The translations under genes were made by a program, and so were the position numbers. The notes under the pieces are model-generated. The model searched no databases. It saw only the letters and a program-made list of their open reading frames with translations, and had not been told where the DNA came from. A stretch of 64,000 nt of DNA, taken from positions 108,688,001 through 108,752,000 of the forward strand of contig NC_086097.1 in assembly GCF_963921235.1 (NCBI RefSeq). Reading direction: 5' to 3'. Source of the DNA: Mobula hypostoma (lineage: Eukaryota). Each line of letters starts with the position of its first letter. Within the stretch, counting starts at the first letter, position 1. This document shows, in pieces, positions 39,554 through 49,951 of this stretch.

Positions 39554-40983
39554 CTAAAACATATGGAAATAATATGAAAAGCTCAGTCAGAAATCAGCAA
39601 AGTTTAAAACATAGAGCATAAAGTTCCCTAAGAATATAAAATATTATTTTGGCCTAAAATAAACTGGATTACAAAATCAGGCAAACATGAGCGATTCAAT
39701 TACCTAAAATTTCCAAGGAAGTCCAGTCAGTAGGGCTGTTCATCTCATTCTTAAAATATTAGAGGAATCAACGTGACAAGAAACTAATAACAATAATTTC
39801 CCCGACTATCTTACCACCCTCCCATAAATCTTCCACTGAGTTGTGGAATTATTTAAATATGAAAATATCCCAGTTTGTAACTCATAACTCTTACAAAACT
39901 GTAGTGAGAATAATCACGTTACAGACATTTATACTGCAGCTTATTTTCAAAAGCTAGCTAATTAATGAGAATATCGTTAAAGAAATCCCAGCTAAATAAA
40001 ATCACTAAAAATGTTGGAATTCTTCTGCTCTTCCACTCCAGCTCAGATATATTTTTATAGCCCTGATGTCAGCAATCAGATATGAAGAAGAATCAATGTG
40101 TTTTTTTTTATAATAGTTTGCTAACTACAGCTTAGCTATTCATTGGGGCTGATTAGGTTGGAGGCTGGGATGTGGTGTTGAGGGTGATAGGGCAGCATTT
40201 GGACATAGAAGTCATGGATCAGAGTTTCTGCATGTGATGTGGAATTTTAACTCCATGCATCTTTTGGGCCTGACACTGAGAAGTCGGCTTGATTGGCTTA
40301 AAGTTAGATGGGAAAGACTCAATGAAGACACAAGACCAGAATGTTTAGATTCCCAACTTCAAGGCTAGGGGAAGGAGAGGGCGGGTGCAGGGGCTGTGAT
40401 GGGCGTAATCTCTAACCATGGAAAAGAGCTTTCAAATTAATGCAATCTTTACTTGTAGAAGTTTGAGAGACTTCCAAGTTTTTTTTTACAATGGAGGTGC
40501 AGGGGGAGGAGCCAAATGTTTGGATGGAAGTACTCTGCTCCTATTGGTTCCCAAAGGAATGTGTGATAGTGACAATTTCGAGGACAAAGTATGCACTGCT
40601 TCACTGCAGTTTCCTGGCCACACTAGAACCTATAAAGCAGGTTGAATTGGAACTTCAGAAAAAATACCTTGATGAATAACCTGGTCTCAATGGAATGTCT
40701 TGTCCTAAAACTTCAGCTGTTTATTCTTTTCCATAAAATCTGCCTGACTTATTAAGTTCTTCCATACTTTGTGTGTGTTTCTCTGGATTTCCAGCATCAG
40801 TAGAATCTCGTGCTTAGGGAAAAAAAATCCCCCTGGAGGCTAGTTATCTGCTCACTCCTTTTATAGCTCCAATAGAGCATTCTGTCTGTTGGTTGGGCAA
40901 GCTGCTTGACTTTCTGCAAAATATTTCCAAACCTCATACACTTTGACAATAAAACTTGCCCCATTATTAGTTTTATAACTTGC

Positions 40984-41085
40984 CTGAGCTTGTCTCTTGA
41001 GTTTGAAAGGTTGGAAAATTTCTGCATAGAAAAGTTGCTGATATTCCCTCAGGTCTTTCCACAGGTTTATAGCATTTCTCCATAA
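40984..41085 (-). CDS. rgs22: RGS22 internal coding exon A (102 nt, phase 0/0): LWRNAINLWKDLREYQQLFYAEIFQPFKLKRQAQ
   Basis: Acceptor ctcactattttccag and donor CAG|GCAAGT (GC donor). Resembles recalled human RGS22 LWKNSVYFWFDLQAYHQLFYQETLQPFKVCKQAQ. In frame with the next exon. Confidence 0.9.
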
Positions 41086-41444
41086 CTGGAAAATAGTGAG
41101 GAAAAGAGTTAATACTTTACAATCAAGAAACTTCAAATACTGAGCCTCTGTACCTCCTTCCGCAAATGAATCCTTGACTTCATGATCGGGAGACCACAAT
41201 GAGTGAGGATCAGAAATCTCCTCCTCACTGTCAATCAACACAGGCACACATCAAGGATGTGCCCTTAGCTCATTGCTCTAAGTTCCTTACACTCATGACA
41301 ATGTGATTAGACTCAGTAAAATGCCATCTATAAATTTGCCGATGACACCACTATAGTTGGCAGAATCTCAGATGGTAATGACGAGGCATGCAGGAGTGAG
41401 TTAGATCAGCAGGTGGTGTGGTGTCACAGCAACAACCTTGCACA

Positions 41445-43260
41445 CGATGTTCTGGAGCATGTTGATATTAAGGAAGAGGAGGTGTTGGAGTTGTTAAAAT
41501 ACATTAGGATGGGTAAGTCCCCAGGGCCCGACGGAATATTCCCCAGGCTGCTCCACAAGGCGAGGGAAGAGATTGCTGAGCCTCTGGCTAGGATCTTTAT
41601 GTCCTCATTGTCCATGGGAATGGTACCGGAGGATTGGAGGGAGGCGAATGTTATCCCCTTGTTCAGAAAAGGTAGTAGGGATAGTCCGGGTAATTATAGA
41701 CCAGTGAACCTTACGTCTGTGCTGGGAAAGCTGTTGGAAAAGATTCTTAGAGATAGGATCTATAGGCATTTAGAGAATCATGGTCTGATCAGGAACAGTC
41801 AGCATGGCTTTGTGAAGGGCAGATCGTGTCTAACAAGCCTGAGTTCTTTGAGGAAGTGACCAGACATATAGATGAGGGTAGTGCAGTGGATGTGATCTAT
41901 ATGGATTTTAGTAAGGCATTTGACAAGGTTCCACACAGTAGGCTTATTCAGAAAGTCAGAAGGTATGGGATCCAGGGAAGTTTGGTCAGGTGGATTCAGA
42001 ATTAGCTTGCCTGCGGAAGGTAGAGGGTTGTGGTGGAGTACATTCGAATTGGAGCGTTGTGACTAGTGGTGTCCCACAAGGATTGGTTATGGAACCTCTA
42101 CTTTCGTGATTTTTTATTAACGACCTGGATGTGGGGGTAGAAGGGTGGGTTGGCAAATTTGTAGACAACACAAAGGTTGGTTGTGTTGGGGGTAGTGTAG
42201 AGGATTGTCGAAGATTGCAGAGAGACATTGATAGGATGCAGAAGTGAGCTGAGAAGTGGCAGATGGAGTTCAACCTGGAGAAGTGTGAGGTGGTACACTT
42301 GGGAAGGACAAACTCCAAGGCAGAGTACTAAATAAATGGCAGGATACATGGTAGTGTGGATGAGCAGAGGGATCTGGGGGTACATGTCCACAGATCCCTG
42401 AAAGTTGCCTCACAGGTAGATAGGGTAGTTAAGAAAGCTTATGGGGTGTTAGCTTTCATAAGTCGAGGGATAGATTTTAAGAGTCATGAGGTAATGATGC
42501 AGATCTATAAAACTCTGGTTAGGCCACACTTGGAGTACCGTGTCCAGTTCTGGTCGCCTCACAATAGGAAGGATGTAGAAGCATTGGAAAGGGTACAGAG
42601 GAGATTTACCAGGATGCTGCCTGGTTTAGAGAGTATGCATTATGCTCAGAGATTAAGGGAGCTATGGCTTTACTCTTTGGAGAGAAGGAGGGTGAGAGGA
42701 GATATGATAGAGGGGTATACAAGATATAAAGAGGAATAGACAGAGTGGACAGCCAGTTCCCCAGGGCACCACTGCTCAATACTAGAGGACGTGGCTTTAA
42801 GGTAAGGGGTGGGAAGTTCAAGGGGGACATTAGAGGAAGGTTTTTTACTCAGAGAGTGGTTGGTGCATGGAATGTACTGCCTGAGTCAGTGGTGGAGGCA
42901 GATACACTAGTGAAATTTAAGAGACTACTAGACAGGTATATGGAGGAATTTAAGGTGCGGGGTTATATGGGAGCCGAGTCATCATATGGGAGCCCAAGCA
43001 TGGGAGGATGAACCCTGGGCACCCTCCCAAGACTATGGTCAACATGCTCCTAGAAGACAGCAGCACAGCTAATGTAGATGAACTGAACACATCGATGAGG
43101 GAGAGGGAGAAGTGGAGAGTCCTTCATCATGCCCGACACCGGCCCCCTAGGCCTGAGTCGACGTAGTAGTAGTTATATGGGAGGCAGGGTTTAAGGGTCG
43201 GCACAACATTGTGGGCTGAAGGGACTGTACTGTGCTGTACTATTCCATGTTCTATGTTCT
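41445..43260 (+). mobile_element. 5'-truncated CR1 LINE (same family as 9102-11268 and 43800-50290)
   Basis: Near-identical RT sequence with frameshifts. TCTATGT tail. Confidence 0.92.
42974..43171 (+). mobile_element. RTE-clade LINE extreme 3' end with (TAG)n tail
   Basis: Encodes IIWEPKHGRMNPGHPPKTMVNMLLED...DELNTSMREREKWR. 12-bp TSD GTTATATGGGAG (42962-42973 / 43172-43183). Confidence 0.75.
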
Positions 43261-46200
43261 TTCCACCTCTGATCCCCCAATGAGAACTGGCTCATAGACC
43301 TCCAGTTTCCCTCTATTGAAGTCAATAAGCAGCTCCTTGGTCTTGATGACATTGAAAGAGAGAAATTGTTGTTGTGGCACCATTCATCCAGAATTTCAAT
43401 CTCCCTCCTATATACTGATTCATCACCATCCTTGATTCAGCCAACAGCAGTGGTTTTGTCAGCAAACTTAAAAAATGGCATTGGAGCTGTGCTTTGTTAC
43501 ACAGTCATAAGTGTAAAGTGAGTAGAGCAGGGGGCTAACCACTCAGCCTTGTGGTGCACCTGTGCTGATGCAGATTCGGGAGGAGATGTTGTTGTCAATC
43601 CGAATTGACTCTGGTCTGCAAGTGAGGAAATTGAGAATCCAATGATGGTTGAATAGCAAGTGAGATTAAATGACAAGAAAATGGATGGAAATGGGGCATA
43701 TAACAATTACAAGATGGTGTAATATAAACAATAATTTATGAGATTGTTGAACTTTGTGAACAATTAAAATTTTAGTTTATATCTCATTCCCTTTGGCCAT
43801 AGAACATAGAATAGTACAGCACAGTACAGGCCCTTTGGCCCACAATGTTGTGCCGACCCTCAAACCTTCCCTCCCATATAAGCCTCCACCTTAAATCCTC
43901 CATGTACCTGTCTAGTAGTCTCTTAAACTTCACTAGTGTATCTGCCTCCACCACTGACTCAGGCAGTGCATTCCATGCACCAACCACTCTCTGAGTGAAA
44001 AACCTTCCCCTAATATCCGCATTGAACTTCCCACCCCTTACCTTAAAGCCATGTCCTCTTGTATTGAGCAGTGGTGCCCTGGAGAAGAGGTGCTGGCTAT
44101 CCACTCGATCTATTCCTCTTATTATCTTGTACACCTCTATCATGTCTCCTCTCATCCTCCTTCTCTCCAAAGAGTAAAGCCCTAACTCCCTTAATCTCTG
44201 ATCATAGTGCATACTTTCTAAACCAGGCAGTGTCCTGGTAAATCTCCTCTGTACCCTTTCCAATGCTTCCACATCCTTCCTATAGTGAGGTGACCAGAAC
44301 TGGACACAGTACTCCATGTGTGGCCTAACCAGAGTTTTATAGAGCTGCATCATTACATCGCGACTCTTAAACTCTATACCTCGACTTATGAAAGCTAACA
44401 CCCCATAAGCTTTCTTAACTACCCTATCCACCTGTGAGGCAACTTTCAGGGACTGTGGACATGTACACCGAGATCCCTCTGCTCCTCCACACTACCAAGT
44501 ATCCTGCCATTTACTTTGTACTCTGCCCTAGAGTTTGTCCTTCCAAAGTGTACCACCTCACACTTCTCCGGGTTGAACTCCATCTGCCACTTCTCAGCCC
44601 ACTTCTGCATCCTATCAATGTCTCTCTGCAATCTTTGACAATCCTTTACACTATCTACAACACCACCAACCTTTGTGTTGTCTGCAAACTTGCCAACCCA
44701 CCCTTCTACCCCCACATCAAGGTCGTTAATAAAAATCACGAAAAGAAGAGGTCCCAGAACAGATCCTTGGGGGACACCACTAGTCACAATGCTCCAGTCC
44801 GAATGTACTCCCTCCACCACCAAACTCTACCTTCTGCAGGCAAGCCAATTCTGAATCCACCTGGCCAAACTTCCCTGGATCCCATGCCTTCTAACTTTCT
44901 GAATAAGCCTACCATGTGGAACCTTGTCAAATGCCTTACTAAAATCCATATAGATCACATCCACTGCACTACCCTCATCTATATGCCTGGTCACCTCCTC
45001 AAAGAACTCTATCAGGCTTGTTAGACATGATCTGCCCTTCACAAAGCCATGCTGACTGTCCCTGATCAGACCATGATGCTCTAATTGCCTATAGAACCTA
45101 TCTCTAAGAATCTTTTCCAACAGCTTTCCCACCACAGATGTAAGGCTCACTGGTCTATAATTACCCGGACTATCCCTACTACCCTTTTTGAACAAGGGGA
45201 CAACATTCACCTCCCTCCAATCCTCCGGTACTATTCCCATGGACAACGAGGACATAAAGATCCTAGCCAGAGGCTCAGCAATCTCTTCTCTCGCCTCGTG
45301 GAGCAGCCTGGGGAATATTCTGTCAGGCCCCGGGGACTTATCTGTCCTAATGTATTTTAACAACTCCAACACCTCCTCTCCCTTAATATCAACATGCACC
45401 AGAACATCAACCTCACTCATATTGTCCTCACCATCATCAAGTTCTCTCTCATTGGTGAATACTGAGGAGAAGTATTCATTGAGGACCTCGCTCACTTCCA
45501 CAGCCTCCAGGCACATCTTCTCACCTTTATCTCTAATCGGTCCTACCTTCACTCCTGTCGTCCTTTTTTTCTTCACATAATTGAAGAATGCCTTGGGGTT
45601 TTCCTTTACCCTACTCGCCAAGGCCTTCTCATGCCCTCTTCTTGCTCTTCTCAGCCCCTTCTTAAGCTCCTTTCTTGCTTCCCTATATTCCTCAATAGAC
45701 CCATCTGATCCTTGCTTTCTAAACCTCATGTATGCTGCCTTCTTCCACCTGACTAGATTTTCCACCTCACTTGTCACCCATGGTTCCTTCATCCTACCAT
45801 TCTTTATCTTCCTCACCGCGACAAATTTATCCCTAACATCCCGCAAGAGATCTCTAAACATCAACCACATGTCCATAGTACATTTCCCTGCAAAAACATC
45901 ATCCCAATTCACACCCGCAAGTTCTAGCCTTATAGCCTCATAATTTGCCTTTCCCCAATTAAAAATTTTCCTGTCCTCTTTGATTCTATCCTTTTCCATG
46001 ATAATGCTAAAGGCCAGGGAGCGGTGGTCACTGTCCCCCAGATGCTCACCCACTGAGAGATCTGTGACCTGACCCGGTTAATTATCTAGTACTAGATCTA
46101 GTATGGCATTCCCCCTGGTAGGCCTGTCCACATACTGTGACAGGAATCCGTCCTGGACACACTTAACAAAGTCTGCCCCATCTAAACCCTTGGAACTAAT

Positions 46201-46585
46201 CAGGTGCCAATCAATATTAGGGAAGTTTAAGTCATCCATGATAACAACCCTGTTATTTTTGCACCTTTCCAAAATCTGCCTCCCAATCTGCTCCTCTGTA
46301 TTTCTGCTGCTACCAGGGGGCCTATAGAATATGCCTAATAGAGTAACTGCTCCCTTCCTGTTCCTGACTTCCACCCATATTGACTCAAAAGAGGATCCTG
46401 CTACATTACCCACCCTTTCTGTAGCTGTAATAGTATCCCTGACCAGTAATGCCACTCCTCCTCCCCTTTTTTTGCCCTCTCTATCATATAGAAACATAGA
46501 AACATAGAAAATAGGTGCAGGAGTAGGCCATTCGGCCCTTCGAGCCTGCACTGCCATTTATTATGATCATGGCTGATCATCCAAC

Positions 46586-49585
46586 TCAGAACCCAGCCTT
46601 CCCTCCATACCCCCTGACCCCTGTAGCCACAAGGGCCATATCTAACTTCCTTTTAAACATAGCTAATGAACTGGCCTCAACAGTTTGCTGTGGCAGAGAA
46701 TTCCACAGATTCACCACTCTCTGTGTGAAGAAGTTTTTCCTAACCTCGGTCCTAAAAGGCTTCCCCTCTATCCTCAAACTGTGACCCCTCGTTCTAGACC
46801 TCCCCAACATCGGGAACAATCTTCCCGCATCTAGCCTGTCCAATCCCTTTAGGATCTTATACGTTTCAATCAGATCCCCCCTCAATCTTCTAAATTCCAA
46901 CGAGTACAAGCCCAGTTCATCCAGTCTTTCTTCATATGAAAGACCTGCCATCCCAGGAATCAATCTGGTGAACCTTCTTTGTACTCCCTCTATGGCAAGG
47001 ATGTCTTTCCTCAGATTAGGGGACCAAAACTGCACACAATACTCCAGGTGTGGTCTCACCAAGGCCTTGTACAACTGCAGTAGTACCTCCCTGCTCCTGT
47101 ACTCGAATCCTCTCGCTATAAATGCCAGCATACCGTTCGCCTTTTTCACCGCCTGCTGTACCTGCATGCCCACTTTCAATGACTGGTGTATAATGACACC
47201 CAGGTCTCGTTGCACCTCCCCTTTTCCTAATCGGCCACCATTCAGATAATAATCTGTTTTCCTATTTTTGCCACCAAAGTGGATAACTTCACATTTATCC
47301 ACATTAAATTGCATCTGCCATGAGTTTGCCCACTCACCCAACCTATCCAAGTCACCCTGCATCCTCTTAGCATCCTCCTCACTGCTAACACTGCCACCCA
47401 GCTTTGTGTCATCCGCAAACTTGGAGATGCTGCATTTAATTCCCTCATCCAAGTCATTAATATATATTGTAAACAACTGGGGTCCCAGCACTGAGCCTTG
47501 CGGTACCCCACTAGTCACCGCCTGCCATTCTGAAAAGGTCCCGTTTATTCCCACTCTTTGCTTCCTGTCTGCTAACCAATTCTCCACCCACACCAATACC
47601 TTACCCCCAATACCGTGTGCTTTAAGTTTGCACACTAATCTCCTATGTGGGACCTTGTCAAAAGCCTTTTGAAAATCCAAATATACCACATCCACTGGTT
47701 CTCCCCTATCCACTCTACTAGTTACATCCTCAAAAAATTCTATGAGATTCGTCAGACATGATTTTCCTTTCACAAATCCATGCTGACTTTGTCCGATCAT
47801 TTCACCGCTTTCCAAATGTGCTGTTATCACATCCTTGATAACTGACTCCAGCAGTTTCCCCACCACCGACGTTAGGCTAACCGGCCTATAATTCCCCGGT
47901 TTCTCTCTCCCTCCTTTTTTAAAAAGTGGGGTTACATTAGCCACCCTCCAATCCTCAGGAACTAGTCCAGAATCTAACGAGTTTTGAAAAATTATCACTA
48001 ATGCATCCACTATTTCTTGGGCCACTTCCTTAAGCACTCTGGGATGCAGACCATCTGGCCCTGGGGATTTATCTGCCTTCAATCCCTTCAATTTACCTAA
48101 CACCACTTCCCTACTAACATGTATTTCGCTCAGTTCCTCCATCTCACTGGACCCTCTGTCCCTTACTATTTCTGGAAGATTATTTATGTCCTCCTTAGTG
48201 AAGACAGAACCAAAGTAATTATTCAATTGGTCTGCCATGTCCTTGCTCCCCATAATCAATTCACCTGTTTCTGTTTGCAGGGGACCTACATTTGTCTTTA
48301 TCAGTCTTTTCCTTTTTACATATCTATAAAAGCTTTTACAGTCCGTTTTTATGTTCTCTGCCAGTTTTCTCTCATAATCTTTTTTCCCCTTCCTAATTAA
48401 GCCCTTTGTCCTCCTCTGCTGAACTCTGAATTTCTCCCAGTCCTCAGGTGAGCCACTTTCTCTGGCTAATTTGTATGCTACTTCTTTGGAATTGATACTA
48501 TCCCTAATTTCTCTTGTCAGCCACGGGTGCACTACCTTCCTTGATTTATTCTTTTGCCAAACTGGGATGAACAATTGTTGTAGTTCATCCATGCAACCTT
48601 TAAATGCCTGCCATTGCATATCCACCGTCAATCCTTGAAGTGTCATTTGCCAGTCTATCTTAGCTAATTCATGTCTCATACCTTCAAAGTTACCCCTCTT
48701 TAAGTTCAGAACCTTTGTTTCTGAATTAACTACGTCACTCTCCATGTTAATGAAGAATTCCACCATATTATGGTCACTCTTACCCAAGGGGCCTCTCACG
48801 ACAAGATTGCTAATTAACCCTTCCTCATTGCTCAAAACCCAGTCCAGAATAGCCTGCTCTCTAGTCGGTTCCTCGACATGTTGGTTCAAAAAACCATCCC
48901 GCATACATTCCAAGAAATCCTCTTCCTCAGCACCTTTACCAATTTGGTTCACCCAGTCTACATGTAGATTGAAGTCACCCATTATAACTGCTGTTCCTTT
49001 ACTGCACACATTTCTAATTTCCTGTTTAATACCATCTCCGACCTCACTACTACTGTTAGGTGGCCTGTACACAACTCCCACCAGCGTCTTCTGCCCCTTA
49101 GTGTTACGCAGCTCTACCCATATCGATTCCACATCTTCCCGGCTTATGTCCTTCCTTTCTATTGCGTTAATCTCTTTTTTAACCAGCAACGCCACCCCAC
49201 CTCCCCTTCCTTCGTGTCTATCCCTCCTGAATATTGAATATCCCTGAACGTTGAGCTCCCATCCCTGGTCACCCTGGAGCCATGTCTCTGTGATCCCAAC
49301 TATATCATAATCATTAATAACAATCTGCACTTTCAATTCATCCACCTTATTACGAATGCTCCTTGCATTGACACATAAAGCCTTCAGGCGCTCTTTTACA
49401 ACTCTCTTAGCCCTTTTTAATGCTTGCCCTGGATTTGTCGGCCTGCCACTTTTACTTTTCCCCTTTGTACTTTTTGCTTCTACGCTCACTTTACACCCCT
49501 CTGTCTCTCTGCACTGGTTCCCATCCCTCTGTTGTGAACTAACCTCCTCACACCTAGCCGCTTTAATTTGATTCCCACCCCCCAA
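46586..49585 (-). CDS. CR1 ORF2 protein: APE endonuclease plus reverse transcriptase (~999 aa, uninterrupted)
   Basis: NARS, GITETW, VYRPP, GDFN and SDH (APE). [21 protein letters not shown] and FADD (RT). True start codon uncertain. Confidence 0.93.
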   Translation of the reverse strand: MGGGNQIKAARCEEVSSQQRDGNQCRETEGCKVSVEAKSTKGKSKSGRPTNPGQALKRAKRVVKERLKALCVNARSIRNKVDELKVQIVINDYDIVGITETWLQGDQGWELNVQGYSIFRRDRHEGRGGGVALLVKKEINAIERKDISREDVESIWVELRNTKGQKTLVGVVYRPPNSSSEVGDGIKQEIRNVCSKGTAVIMGDFNLHVDWVNQIGKGAEEEDFLECMRDGFLNQHVEEPTREQAILDWVLSNEEGLISNLVVRGPLGKSDHNMVEFFINMESDVVNSETKVLNLKRGNFEGMRHELAKIDWQMTLQGLTVDMQWQAFKGCMDELQQLFIPVWQKNKSRKVVHPWLTREIRDSINSKEVAYKLARESGSPEDWEKFRVQQRRTKGLIRKGKKDYERKLAENIKTDCKSFYRYVKRKRLIKTNVGPLQTETGELIMGSKDMADQLNNYFGSVFTKEDINNLPEIVRDRGSSEMEELSEIHVSREVVLGKLKGLKADKSPGPDGLHPRVLKEVAQEIVDALVIIFQNSLDSGLVPEDWRVANVTPLFKKGGREKPGNYRPVSLTSVVGKLLESVIKDVITAHLESGEMIGQSQHGFVKGKSCLTNLIEFFEDVTSRVDRGEPVDVVYLDFQKAFDKVPHRRLVCKLKAHGIGGKVLVWVENWLADRKQRVGINGTFSEWQAVTSGVPQGSVLGPQLFTIYINDLDEGIKCSISKFADDTKLGGSVSSEEDAKRMQGDLDRLGEWANSWQMQFNVDKCEVIHFGGKNRKTDYYLNGGRLGKGEVQRDLGVIIHQSLKVGMQVQQAVKKANGMLAFIARGFEYRSREVLLQLYKALVRPHLEYCVQFWSPNLRKDILAIEGVQRRFTRLIPGMAGLSYEERLDELGLYSLEFRRLRGDLIETYKILKGLDRLDAGRLFPMLGRSRTRGHSLRIEGKPFRTEVRKNFFTQRVVNLWNSLPQQTVEASSLAMFKRKLDMALVATGVRGYGGKAGF

Positions 49586-49590
49586 CCATT

Positions 49591-49951
49591 CTAGTTTAAA
49601 GTCACCTCAGTAGTCCCCGCTAATCTCCCTGCCAGGATATTGGTCCCCCTAGGATTTAAGTGTAACACGTCCTTTTTGTACAGGTCACACCTGCGCCAAA
49701 AGAGGTCCCAATGATCCAAAAACTTGAATCCCTGCCCCCTGCTCCAATCCCTCAGCCACGCATTTATCCTCCACCTCATTGCACTTCTACTCTCACTGTC
49801 GCGTGGCACAGGCAGTAATCCCGAGATTACTACCTTTGCGGTCCTTTTTCTCAACTCCCTTCCTAGCTCCCTATATTCTTCTTTCAGGACCTCATCCCTT
49901 TTCCTACCTATGTCATTGGTACCTATATGTACCAGGACCTCTGGCTCTTCA
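49591..49951 (-). pseudogene. CR1 ORF1 C-terminal fragment, SGNH/GDSL esterase-like
   Basis: VVISGLLPVPR...FLDHWDLF...DxLHLNPRG block typical of CR1 ORF1 esterases. 5' truncated. Confidence 0.8.

Larger units (their letters stand above)
46486..49951 (-). mobile_element. Inner young CR1 LINE: 3' part of ORF1 plus complete ORF2
   Basis: 7-bp TSD CTCTATC (46479-46485 / 49952-49958). (ATAGAAAC)n tail. 5'-truncated within ORF1. Confidence 0.95.

Noticed and set aside
40418..40679. Two overlapping short plus-strand ORFs
   Set aside because: No identifiable motif. They lie antisense within a short intron.
4157..49571. Many 90-200 aa ORFs antisense to CR1 and other repeats (e.g. 4457-4783, 44434-45024, 48744-49247)
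   Set aside because: Shadow frames of retroelement ORF2. They recur identically in each repeat copy and carry no independent motifs.
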